A DNA stretch of 64,000 bases from the sequence record NC_019408.1; one strand, given 5' to 3'. Positions 19,030 through 27,576 of this stretch are shown piece after piece. Positions within the stretch are counted from its first letter, which is position 1. Each line of letters opens with the position of its first letter. The notes beneath the pieces are model-generated. The model did no database searches, was not told the origin of the DNA, and saw only the letters and a list, made by a program, of their open reading frames with translations. Made by a program: the position numbers and the translations under genes.

Positions 19030-19821
19030 CTAGGCGCGCGCGCGGGCCTTGGAGGCGACCGGCAGCGCCGGCGTCAGGGCGCCCACCTTGCCGACCACCT
19101 TGCCCAGGATCACGAGCTTGGCGGCGTCGACGTCGATGTGGTCCTTCAGGTCCGCGTCGTAGATGCGATAGGGGCCGGACTTGCTCGGCCGGGTGACGTG
19201 CGCCACCTGCATGGTCTTGTTGAGCCCGTAGACGAACTCGCCGCCGGCCGCGTTGGGCTCGACGTCGCGGCGGACCACCGCCATGTCGCCCGGATTGAGG
19301 CCGGGGGCGAAGTCATGGATCGCCGCCAGGGCCAGATCGGTGGGCTCGGCCTCGAAGCGCTCGCGCAGCCAGTCCGGATCGAGGTTCCAGGTCCGCAGGC
19401 GTTGGAACTCGCCCGTGCGCGGCTTGAAGGTCAGTTCCTCGACCGGGTTGGGCGCGCCGACCCCGAAGGTGATGTACTCGGGGGTGGTCTTCAAGACGTG
19501 AGCGATCTGCTCCAGCACATCGATGTGCGGCTTGACGCTGTCGGACTCGTACATGATGTAGGCGGTGCGCGCCAGCGGCCGGCGCTCGCCAGCCTGCTTG
19601 GGCTCCCAGCCGGGTTTGGTGCTGACGTCCTTGCGCGAATTGCTCTGCTGGGTCAGGTAGACCCGCGACGCGACTTGTTCCTGGGTCAGGCCCAGGCCCA
19701 TGCGGCAGGCGGTAATGCGCTGGCCGATGGTGCGAGGATGCGCGAGATCGGCATCCTTGTGGATCAGGGAACGAGACCGGTGCGCAGCAACGCCCGGCTT
19801 CATCTCGATCACGGTTTGCAT
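19030..19821 (-). CDS. XRE-family HTH regulator with a C-terminal S24-like (CI/LexA-like) domain
   Basis: IGQRITACRMGLGLTQEQVA...YESDSVKP helix-turn-helix. C-terminal GDMAVV...ILGKVVGKV fits the S24 fold. Confidence 0.75.
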   Translation of the reverse strand: MQTVIEMKPGVAAHRSRSLIHKDADLAHPRTIGQRITACRMGLGLTQEQVASRVYLTQQSNSRKDVSTKPGWEPKQAGERRPLARTAYIMYESDSVKPHIDVLEQIAHVLKTTPEYITFGVGAPNPVEELTFKPRTGEFQRLRTWNLDPDWLRERFEAEPTDLALAAIHDFAPGLNPGDMAVVRRDVEPNAAGGEFVYGLNKTMQVAHVTRPSKSGPYRIYDADLKDHIDVDAAKLVILGKVVGKVGALTPALPVASKARARA

Positions 19822-19916
19822 ATCGTTCTCCTCCGTCCGTTGAGAACCGCGTCATTGGGTGTCGTGGTAACCCATGACATTCGCGATGGTTCCCAGACGC
19901 AACGTCTGTTTGCCAA

Positions 19917-19953
19917 TGTTGACAAAGAGGGATTTACACCCTCTTTGGCAACA
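19917..19953. repeat. 15-7-15 inverted repeat upstream of the regulator gene
   Basis: TGTTGACAAAGAGGG-atttaca-CCCTCTTTGGCAACA, 14/15 complementary. Confidence 0.7.
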
Positions 19954-20007
19954 CATCAAGGCCAGAGAAGAAAAAAGTTGACAGGTCGACTTAAGGGTGC
20001 GGCTGCA

Positions 20008-20691
20008 CTAATTCCCGGTGGAGCCGAAACCGCCGGCGCCGCGCGCGGTCGAGGCGAGGTCATCGACCTCGACGACGGGCACGATCAGGCACTGCTCAAG
20101 GATGATCTGGGCGATCCGGTCGCCCGGATTGATCACCACGTTCTCGCCGTAGAACGGCGCGCCGAAGACGTCGGCCTGCTTGCCGTGGTGGGTCAGGATG
20201 ACCTTGACCTCGCCGGTGTAGTCCTCGTCCACCACGCCGGCCAGGACGCCCAGGCCCTTGACGCCCAGGCCCGAGCGGGGCGCGACGCGGGCGTAGGTGC
20301 CTTCGGGCGCGGTCATCGCCAGCCCCGTCGACAGGAGCGCGCGCTCCCCAGGCCGCAGAGTCACCTTCTCGGTCCCGTCATAGTAGACGTCCAGGCCGGC
20401 GGCCTTGGGCGAGCCGCGCGTCGGCAGCTTGGCGGTCGGCGTCAGGCGCTTGACCTTCAGGACGGGCTCGTTGCTGTTCATGCGCGTCATCTCCAGCGCC
20501 TCCGACCAGGAGACGAACTTCACGTCGCGCGTGAACCGGCCGTAGAGTTCGACGTCCTGGCCGCCCCCGACCTTGACCTCCGCCTCGATGCCGGACGCCG
20601 CCAGGGTGTCAGCCAGGGCGTAGGCCTGCTCGGCTTGCGCGGTCCGTTGGTAGAAGACGACAGCTTTGCTGTAAAGGCGGGTCGGGGACAT
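20008..20691 (-). CDS. dut: Trimeric dUTPase with a ~70-aa N-terminal extension
   Basis: AAGLD, RVAPRSGL, GVVDEDYTGEVKV, GDRIAQ and RGAGGFGSTG are dUTPase motifs I-V. A possible internal start at 20481 is preceded by GGAG. Confidence 0.92.
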   Translation of the reverse strand: MSPTRLYSKAVVFYQRTAQAEQAYALADTLAASGIEAEVKVGGGQDVELYGRFTRDVKFVSWSEALEMTRMNSNEPVLKVKRLTPTAKLPTRGSPKAAGLDVYYDGTEKVTLRPGERALLSTGLAMTAPEGTYARVAPRSGLGVKGLGVLAGVVDEDYTGEVKVILTHHGKQADVFGAPFYGENVVINPGDRIAQIILEQCLIVPVVEVDDLASTARGAGGFGSTGN

Positions 20692-20708
20692 TATTTTCGG
20701 GCCTCTGG

Positions 20709-22073
20709 TTAACGGGGAATGTCGAGATGGTCGGCCAGATCATCGGCGCCGCCGATGAAGGCTTCTTCGGAGCCGTCGTCCGCGTCGAGCAGGAAGACCA
20801 TCGGCGAGGAGTTCCAGGCCGGATGGCCCCAGTGGTTGCGCACCTCCTCGAACTTGGCGCGGCGGCCGACATCGCTCGGCTGGACCGCCTCGTAGGGGAT
20901 GCCCAGGTCGTCGAGATAGGCCTTGGCCCGGTCGCAGTGCGGGCAGTCCTTCTTGGTGTAGACGCGGTACACCGTCACGTCCGGATCGTAGGTCTTGACG
21001 GGCGACACCGCCGGGCGCGTGACGCTCCAGTAGCGCAGCGGCTCGGGCAGTTCGCAAACCCCCTCGTCGGTGCAGCCGCCGGCGGCGTAGGGCGTCCACA
21101 TCGGACGCTGGAGGAAGGCGAACGCGGTCGGCCAGCCGGCGACTTCGCCCTTGCCGTACTCGGTCGAGCGCTGCTCGAAGAAGTTGGCGTGGGTCGGGGC
21201 GTTCATGATCCAGTCGAGCCAGTCGAAGGGGTTCTCCTTCTGGCCGTAGTTGGGCTTCATGCCCAGTTGCAGCCACCGGCGGTCGGCGATGTAGCGGATG
21301 TACTTCTTGGTGTCCTCGGGCGTGACGCCGTCGACCTCGCCCAGGGCGAAGGCTTGGTCGATGAAGGCGTCTTCCAGGTCGACCATCCGGCGGCCGGCGT
21401 CGTAGATGCGCTTCTTGGTCTCGTCGTTCCAGGCGCGCGGGTGCTCCTTGATCAACTCGTGCAGGAGCTTGATCATGCTCTCGACGTGGTGGGTCTCGTC
21501 GCGGATCGACCACTCGACGATCGTGGTCATGCCCTTCATCAGGCCGCGCCGCTGGTAGTTCATCAGCAGGGCGAACGAGGAGAAAAGCTGCATGCCTTCG
21601 CCGAAGGCCGAGAACACGGCGATGTCGACGATCAGGTCGGCGATCGACGTGCCGCTCTCGCGCTCGAACATGTACTCGTGCTTTTCACGCATCGCCTGAT
21701 AGTCCAGGAAGGCGCGGAACTCGACCTCGGGCAGGCCCAGGGTGTCGATCAGGGTGGCGTAGGCGTCGATGTGGTTGGCCTCGGCCGCCATGAACGAGGC
21801 CAGCATCATCCGCACCTCCGGGTGCGGGAAGCGCGGGCCGTACTTTTCGAAGTAGCCGCGCGCCACATCGACGTCGGCCTGGGTGAAGAAGCGGAAGAGT
21901 TGCGTAAGCTGGTTCTTCTCGCTGGGCTTGAGCTTCTCGTTCCAGTCCTGGATGTCGGTGTCCATCGGCGCCTCGTGGGGGAGCCAGTGGAGCGATTGCA
22001 TGATCCGGTAGGCGTCGTAGGCCCAGGGGTAGGCGAAGGGCTTGTAGTAGTCGCGCGGCTTGAGCAGGGACAT
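20709..22073 (-). CDS. nrdB: Class I ribonucleotide reductase beta subunit with C-terminal glutaredoxin-like domain
   Basis: FFTQADVDVA, EANHIDAY, FGEGMQLFSSF and RDETHH diiron motifs, and NFFEQRSTEY. C-terminal VYTKKDCPHCDRAK. Confidence 0.92.
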   Translation of the reverse strand: MSLLKPRDYYKPFAYPWAYDAYRIMQSLHWLPHEAPMDTDIQDWNEKLKPSEKNQLTQLFRFFTQADVDVARGYFEKYGPRFPHPEVRMMLASFMAAEANHIDAYATLIDTLGLPEVEFRAFLDYQAMREKHEYMFERESGTSIADLIVDIAVFSAFGEGMQLFSSFALLMNYQRRGLMKGMTTIVEWSIRDETHHVESMIKLLHELIKEHPRAWNDETKKRIYDAGRRMVDLEDAFIDQAFALGEVDGVTPEDTKKYIRYIADRRWLQLGMKPNYGQKENPFDWLDWIMNAPTHANFFEQRSTEYGKGEVAGWPTAFAFLQRPMWTPYAAGGCTDEGVCELPEPLRYWSVTRPAVSPVKTYDPDVTVYRVYTKKDCPHCDRAKAYLDDLGIPYEAVQPSDVGRRAKFEEVRNHWGHPAWNSSPMVFLLDADDGSEEAFIGGADDLADHLDIPR

Positions 22074-22126
22074 GTGTGGGAGGTCTCGAAAGGAGGGATG
22101 GGGAGGTGAAGGGCGCCGGCGGCGCC

Positions 22127-24940
22127 CTAGCCCTCGCAGGCCACGCAGGTGGAGTCCGACGTCGGGTTCAGGGCCAGCAGCGCGGCCTCTTCGGCGGACC
22201 CCGTGGTCGGGACCTCCTCGGCGACGTCGATCTGCTTGCGCTCGACCTTGGTGTTGGTGTTCTCGGCCCGCTTGGGCGTCGTCGACCGCAGGTAGTACAT
22301 CGACTTGACGCCGTACCCCTCGTTCCAGGCCAGGAAGGTGACTTCCGACAGCGTCTCGGCCGTGGCGTCGTGCGGGTGGAAGACGTTCAGGGACTGGCCC
22401 TGGCAGATGTCCTCCGTCCGCCCGACGGCCAGCCGCACGACCCAGCGCTGGTCGAGTTCCATCGCCGTCTTGTAGACGCGCTTCTTGTGGTCCAGGACCG
22501 CCGGGTCGACTTCGATGCCCAGGGCCTCGAAGAACTCGACCGAGAAGTGCTGGATCGAGCCCTCGTTGGCGACGATGGTCTTCCAGACCTCATCGGTGTC
22601 GGCGCCCAGGCTCGCCAGCCACGCGCGCAGCCAGCGGTTCTTGACCTGGAACGAACCCGAGAGGGTCTTGTGCAGGAAGGTGTTGGCGCGGTTGGGCTCG
22701 ATCGACGGCGAAGCGCCGCCGCAGAGGATCGACGAGGAGGCGTTGGGGGCCACCGCCAGCTTGTGGGCGAAGCGCTCGCCCGAGCCTTCCATGTCAGGGG
22801 CCTCGCCGCGCTCGGCGCCCAGGACCAGCGACGCCGCGTCGGCCTTGCGGCGCATGTGGCGGAAGATGGTCTTATTGAGCGTCTCGGCCGCCATGCTCTC
22901 GAACGGGATGTCGAGCGACTGGAGCAGCGAGTGGAAGCCCAGCAGGCCCAGGCCCACCGAGCGCTCGCGCACGGCGCTGTAGGAGGCCCGGTGCATCTCG
23001 TCCGGCGCGTTGTCGATGAACACCTGGAGGCAGTTGTCCAGCATGCGCATCAGGTCTTCGATGAAGGTCGGGTGATCCTTCCATTCGACCCACTTTTCGG
23101 CGTTGACGCTCGACAGGCAGCAGACGGCCGTGCGCATCTTGCCGAACACGTCGCGGCCGGTGCCCAGCATGATCTCCGAGCAGTTGCCCGTCAGGTAGCC
23201 GTTGAAGACCAGCCGGTTGCGCTTGGGCTCGGTGGCGCAGAAGACGTCGGCCTTGTGGGCGAGCGGATGAACGCTGGCGACCGTGGCGGCCAGCTTGGGC
23301 GCGACCTCGATCTGGTGGGCCGCGTCGATCTGCTCGGCGGTCTTGGACAGCACCGCGCCGATCTTCGACAGGTACGCCACGTCCCAGGCCGACAGCGAGA
23401 AAGCGCTGACCGTGTCGGTCAGGCGGATGCGCGGGTGCAGGCCCGTCTCGACGGCCATCAGGCGCATCTCGCGGATCAGGTCCGCGTCGGTCGAGCCGAC
23501 CGTCAGCCAGCGCACGCCGTCGATCTCGACCCATTCGCCGGCCGCGTCCAGCGCCCCGCCCAGCCACGCCAGACGGCGGCTCGGGGTGTGATGGAACGGC
23601 ACGACGCCGGTGGCCAGCGTCAGCGGGTCATAGCGCAGGGTGGTGCCTGCCTCGTCACCTTCCAGGTTCAGCGACAGCGCCGACAGGGTCTTGAGCACCG
23701 CGTCGGGCAGGCCCGCCGGCACGAAGGCCGACAGACGGTTCTTGTCGCTGAAGCCGGCGAAGGTCGTCCAGCCGGCCGTGTAGGCGACTTCCAGCGGCGG
23801 GCTGGCGTCGGTGACGCCCTCGGTGATCGGCACATTGGCCTTGGCCAACACCGTGCCGTCCTTCAGTTCGCCGGCGCGGACTTCGACGCCCGCCTCGGTG
23901 TAGAACTTGTGGTAGGGGGTGCAGTCGACGAAGTCGCCGTCCTCGAACCAGACGCGGACCAGTTCGGCCTTCTCGTCGGTGGCGTTGGTCTGGTGAATCA
24001 GGACGTTGCTGAACTCGACGCCATTCCAGACGTCATGGAAGCCGCCGGCCAGCGAGGCGATCGGCAGGTGACCGTTGCGGGTCAGGATTTCGGTCTCGCC
24101 CGCCACGCAGAGGTTCGACTGGCGAACGCTCAGGCCAAGCTTCTTCTGCCGGTCCGGGAAGTGGCGGTTGGAGGTGTCGATGAAGTGGATGTAGGGCTCG
24201 CCCGTCTGCACGCGCGTCTCGATCAGCAGGCGCCACAGGTCGCGCGCCCGTTCCATGCGGATCACCTCGCCCGTCTTGGGCGAGCGCAGGGCGAAGTCGG
24301 TGTCGTCGCGCACCGCGATCATGAACTCGTCGGTGACGTTGACCGCATTGTGCAGGTTGGTGATCTTGCGGTTGTGGTCCCCGCCCGTCGGCTTGCGCGC
24401 GGTGATGAACTCGCGGATTTCGGGGTGGTGGATGTCCAGGTAGACGGCGTTGGAGCCCCGGCGCGTACCGCCCTGGCTGACGGCCAGGATCAGGCGGTCG
24501 TCCACCGCCATGAACGGGATGACGCCGGTCGACTGCGAACCCTTGGAGGTCTTCTCGCCCAGGCCGCGCAGGGCGCCGTAATAGGAGCCGATGCCGCCGC
24601 CCATCGACGACAGCCAGATGACCTCGTCATAGTGCTCGGAGATCGACTCGCGGCTGTCCTCGATCGCGGTGAGGAAGCAGGAGATCGGCAGGCCACGGGC
24701 CGAGCCGCCGTTCGACAGCAGCGGGGTGGCGTACATGAACCAGAGGTTCGAGACGTATTCGTACAGACGCTGGCCGTGCTCGGCGTCATCCGCAAAGGCC
24801 GCACTCGCGCGCGCGAAGGCCTCCTGGGGGGAAGTTTCCCCAGGCAGCAGATAGCGTTCACGGAGGGTCTGAAGGGTGAAGTCGTCGAGCAGGGCGTCGC
24901 GGGTGAGATCGATCTTGATTTCGTGCGTTGCGACAGCCAT
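22127..24940 (-). CDS. nrdA: Class I ribonucleotide reductase alpha subunit, intein-containing
   Basis: TPLLSNGG, PISCF, SQGGTRRG, SNL|C.EI, VGLGLLG, AVAPNASSS, KSMYYLRS and C-terminal CVACEG. Start taken at ATG 24940. Confidence 0.95.
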   Translation of the reverse strand: MAVATHEIKIDLTRDALLDDFTLQTLRERYLLPGETSPQEAFARASAAFADDAEHGQRLYEYVSNLWFMYATPLLSNGGSARGLPISCFLTAIEDSRESISEHYDEVIWLSSMGGGIGSYYGALRGLGEKTSKGSQSTGVIPFMAVDDRLILAVSQGGTRRGSNAVYLDIHHPEIREFITARKPTGGDHNRKITNLHNAVNVTDEFMIAVRDDTDFALRSPKTGEVIRMERARDLWRLLIETRVQTGEPYIHFIDTSNRHFPDRQKKLGLSVRQSNLCVAGETEILTRNGHLPIASLAGGFHDVWNGVEFSNVLIHQTNATDEKAELVRVWFEDGDFVDCTPYHKFYTEAGVEVRAGELKDGTVLAKANVPITEGVTDASPPLEVAYTAGWTTFAGFSDKNRLSAFVPAGLPDAVLKTLSALSLNLEGDEAGTTLRYDPLTLATGVVPFHHTPSRRLAWLGGALDAAGEWVEIDGVRWLTVGSTDADLIREMRLMAVETGLHPRIRLTDTVSAFSLSAWDVAYLSKIGAVLSKTAEQIDAAHQIEVAPKLAATVASVHPLAHKADVFCATEPKRNRLVFNGYLTGNCSEIMLGTGRDVFGKMRTAVCCLSSVNAEKWVEWKDHPTFIEDLMRMLDNCLQVFIDNAPDEMHRASYSAVRERSVGLGLLGFHSLLQSLDIPFESMAAETLNKTIFRHMRRKADAASLVLGAERGEAPDMEGSGERFAHKLAVAPNASSSILCGGASPSIEPNRANTFLHKTLSGSFQVKNRWLRAWLASLGADTDEVWKTIVANEGSIQHFSVEFFEALGIEVDPAVLDHKKRVYKTAMELDQRWVVRLAVGRTEDICQGQSLNVFHPHDATAETLSEVTFLAWNEGYGVKSMYYLRSTTPKRAENTNTKVERKQIDVAEEVPTTGSAEEAALLALNPTSDSTCVACEG
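23183..24109 (-). mobile_element. Intein (309 aa) inserted at the RNR active-site Cys, with degenerate LAGLIDADG motifs
   Basis: Begins CVAGETEIL after RQSNL and ends LVFNGYLTGN before CSEI. Internal motifs AYTAGWTTFAG and WLGGALDAAG. Confidence 0.9.
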
Positions 24941-25022
24941 GGGGTCTCGTTCTCGCGACAAGGCGCGATGCGTTAAAAAGCCCTGAGAAATCAGGGCCTT
25001 AAGATGAAAGCAAAGGATGGTT

Positions 25023-25062
25023 AAGATAGCCTGAGGGGTCCCGAAAGTCAAGATTCACGACA
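25023..25062 (-). promoter_or_regulatory. nrdA promoter with the 17-bp motif and an adjacent TTAACCAT
   Basis: On the minus strand: TGTCGTGAATCTTGACT, 17-nt spacer, TATCTT. TTAACCAT at 25024-25017. Confidence 0.7.
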
Positions 25063-25102
25063 GTCGCGAACCCCTCAAAGATTCCTTGACAGACCCTGGG
25101 AT

Positions 25103-25339
25103 TTACTCGTCGGCGAACTTCATCCCGGCCGCCTTCAGGATGTCCTTGGTATTGCAAGGCTTTCCGTCCAGCAGGAAGCAGGTCTTGGTTTCGCGGACCC
25201 GGTCGCCCAGCGCCGCCATCGCCCGCTCCAGGATGGTCAGCCCATCGCCGAGCGGCGCGATCAGGGCGCCGGTTTCGCGGGGAAGGCGAGGACCGCTGGT
25301 GCTCGCCTTCTCGGGTTTCTTGGCGCGCTTAGCGGACAA
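25103..25339 (-). CDS. Hypothetical protein
   Basis: In the operon direction; TTG start at 25339 is inferred. Confidence 0.55.
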   Translation of the reverse strand: MSAKRAKKPEKASTSGPRLPRETGALIAPLGDGLTILERAMAALGDRVRETKTCFLLDGKPCNTKDILKAAGMKFADE

Positions 25340-25679
25340 CGCCCTGGACCCCAACGATGCTGCGGAACTTGTCGAGGGCGGCGTCGACGTCTTGGCCGCT
25401 GGCGATCTGGGCCGACAGGTCCGAGACGGCGGTGTTGATCTTGTCGACTTCGGCCTTGAACACGTCGGGCGTGTCCTTCAGGATGTTGACCAGGGCCAGG
25501 ATCACGATGTCGACCACCGGGATGCGGATGGTCTCGCCGTCGGCTTCGTTGAACGAGGCCAGCGACAGGCCGATCGTGAAGCCGCCGGGGTTGGTGGGGC
25601 TCTCGGTCAGGGCGAGCACCGACTGGGCGGTGATCACCTCTTCGCGGACCGGGATGAAATCTTCAGTGGGGGAGGTCAT
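25329..25679 (-). CDS. Hypothetical protein
   Basis: 116-aa ORF with host-like codon bias, overlapping its neighbours. Confidence 0.7.
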   Translation of the reverse strand: MTSPTEDFIPVREEVITAQSVLALTESPTNPGGFTIGLSLASFNEADGETIRIPVVDIVILALVNILKDTPDVFKAEVDKINTAVSDLSAQIASGQDVDAALDKFRSIVGVQGVVR

Positions 25680-25962
25680 GGGATTCCTGCTGCATGAGGA
25701 GAGCGATGCGGTTGACGGCGTCGACTTCGTTGATCGGGCCGGCGGCGAGCAGGGCGTCGATCGTGTCGGCGATCACCCCCTGCTGGTCGAGGGTCATGAT
25801 CGCGAGGCCGTAGAGGAGCGCCTGGGAGGCGTGCCGGCGGATGCTCGGCACCGTCTGGTGGATGATGAGGTCGACCTCGCCGCGATCGCCATCGGCCGGC
25901 ACGTAGGCCGCGAGGGAGAACTGCGGCTCCAGGTCTTCGGGGATGGCGAGCGGGGCGTTCAT
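25663..25962 (-). CDS. Hypothetical protein
   Basis: ATG 25962 lies downstream of a promoter; codon bias. Confidence 0.65.
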   Translation of the reverse strand: MNAPLAIPEDLEPQFSLAAYVPADGDRGEVDLIIHQTVPSIRRHASQALLYGLAIMTLDQQGVIADTIDALLAAGPINEVDAVNRIALLMQQESHDLPH

Positions 25963-25996
25963 GGGCGGCTCCGGGGGATGTCGTGTCTCCCGACAA

Positions 25997-26025
25997 GAGA
26001 TGTCAGGATTCACGACATCGGTCAA
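25997..26025 (-). promoter_or_regulatory. Promoter with the 17-bp motif lying between the -35 and -10 boxes
   Basis: TTGACC, 17-nt spacer, CATCTC. Motif TGTCGTGAATCCTGACA at 26017-26001. Confidence 0.55.
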
Positions 26026-26054
26026 CGTGGTTAATGCGGGGGTGCGCGCTTTTG

Positions 26055-26990
26055 TCAGGCGTCCCAGACCGCCTCGCCCGGCACGAACTTGCGGAACTGC
26101 TGGAAGCCCCGGAAATTGCCCTGGAACTGGCTGTTGAGCCCCGCCGGCCGAGCTTGGTGCTCCAGCGGCGAAGCGTGAACCGGCTGGGAGCCGGCCAGCT
26201 TCAGGAAGGTGCCGACGTCGCGCTCGACAGTGGCCTTGGAGCCGTCGAAGTCGCGATAGCTGGCGCGGGCGCTGCGGGCCGCCGAGGAGACGATAAGCAG
26301 GCGGTTGACCAGGGTCTCGTTCGGAAGGTTCTTGAACGCGAAATCGATCTGATCTTGAAGCTGCTCGAACAGCGCCTGATTGTCGGCGCAGAGGCGGTTG
26401 ATGGCCTCGACGTCGGCTTCCAGATCGACGAACGGCAGGTGCCAGTCGCCCTCGCGCAGCAGGCGCGGCTTCTGAGCTTCCAGGTCGGCCTTGATCCGCC
26501 GGGCCAGGACCTGGATTTCATCCTGGGCGCCGGCGTCGTCGCGCAGCGTCAGGAAGTTGATCCAGTCGGTGGCCGAGACCACCACCGAGATGTAGCCGAA
26601 GAACTCAGTGGCGCGGTTCACCCACTGCTTGTGGATGTTGAGACCGCCCTCGGCGCGCGGCAAGCCCAGCTTGGCGACGCCGGCGCGCACCGCGTCGGCC
26701 ATCTCCATCCAGATCGCCTCGGCCGCTTCCTGGTCGGCGTTGGAGAGGTACTCGCCCGGCTGCATGCCCGGCTGGTTCTCGCGGAAGAGCGGGATGTAGG
26801 GCGCGTCCAGCAGCATCTTCTTGAGCGGGATGGCCCGGCTCGAAGAGGCGTTGCGGCTGAACACCCGGTGGGTCATGAAGTCGGCGTGGACCATGCGCGG
26901 ATAGCGCAGCAGCAGGCTGTCCAGGCGCTTGCCGTCATGGGTGATCGACGACGCCAGGGGCGTCGTCTGCACAAAGTCGAGAGTGGGCAT
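26055..26990 (-). CDS. thyX: Flavin-dependent thymidylate synthase
   Basis: THRVFSRNASSSRAIP signature, HKQ..NR..E, and HASP.EH. Confidence 0.88.
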   Translation of the reverse strand: MPTLDFVQTTPLASSITHDGKRLDSLLLRYPRMVHADFMTHRVFSRNASSSRAIPLKKMLLDAPYIPLFRENQPGMQPGEYLSNADQEAAEAIWMEMADAVRAGVAKLGLPRAEGGLNIHKQWVNRATEFFGYISVVVSATDWINFLTLRDDAGAQDEIQVLARRIKADLEAQKPRLLREGDWHLPFVDLEADVEAINRLCADNQALFEQLQDQIDFAFKNLPNETLVNRLLIVSSAARSARASYRDFDGSKATVERDVGTFLKLAGSQPVHASPLEHQARPAGLNSQFQGNFRGFQQFRKFVPGEAVWDA

Positions 26991-26991
26991 G

Positions 26992-27567
26992 TCAGTCCTT
27001 GTCGAAGACGATCATTTCGATCGCGGCGTGGAGGTCGGCGATCTCGCGATCGTTGGTGATCGTCCAGTCCGGGACGATCTTGGCCATCTCGGTCTCGGAG
27101 GCGTGCTGGGAGGCCGCATCCGTGGCGCGCTTGCGCGGGTCCTGGACCCGGATGATCACGCCCTTCAGGCGCCGGACCATCTCGGCCTCGTTAAGGAACC
27201 GGCAGTCCGAGCAGACCACGCCGGCGACTTCCCGAACGCCGCCGAAGCCGTTGGTCACCTTGCCATCGAGATAGGCCCTGGCCTTGTTCCCCCAGGCCTG
27301 GACCCAGGTGTCGTCGACGTAATGACGGAACATGTCCGTCCCGATGTGCTGGAGGATTTCGCGGGGGCTCTTGAACGGCCAGCGTTCGAGCTTGGTCTCC
27401 TTCAGGACCGGGTCCAGCATCTCCTCCATCGTCACGCCGTAGGCGATCTTGGCGATCTCCCGCAGCGGGTCGGCGAAGTTGATGTGGACATAGCCCCTGG
27501 CTTCCAGGGCGGCGGCGGCCGTGGACTTGCCATGTCCACGGGGGCCGGTGATGGCGACGATGTTCAT
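26992..27567 (-). CDS. Deoxynucleoside monophosphate kinase
   Basis: ITGPRGHGKST P-loop, FADPLRE, SPREILQHIGT, SDCRFLNE and HASE. Confidence 0.88.
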   Translation of the reverse strand: MNIVAITGPRGHGKSTAAAALEARGYVHINFADPLREIAKIAYGVTMEEMLDPVLKETKLERWPFKSPREILQHIGTDMFRHYVDDTWVQAWGNKARAYLDGKVTNGFGGVREVAGVVCSDCRFLNEAEMVRRLKGVIIRVQDPRKRATDAASQHASETEMAKIVPDWTITNDREIADLHAAIEMIVFDKD

Positions 27568-27576
27568 CGGGGTCTC

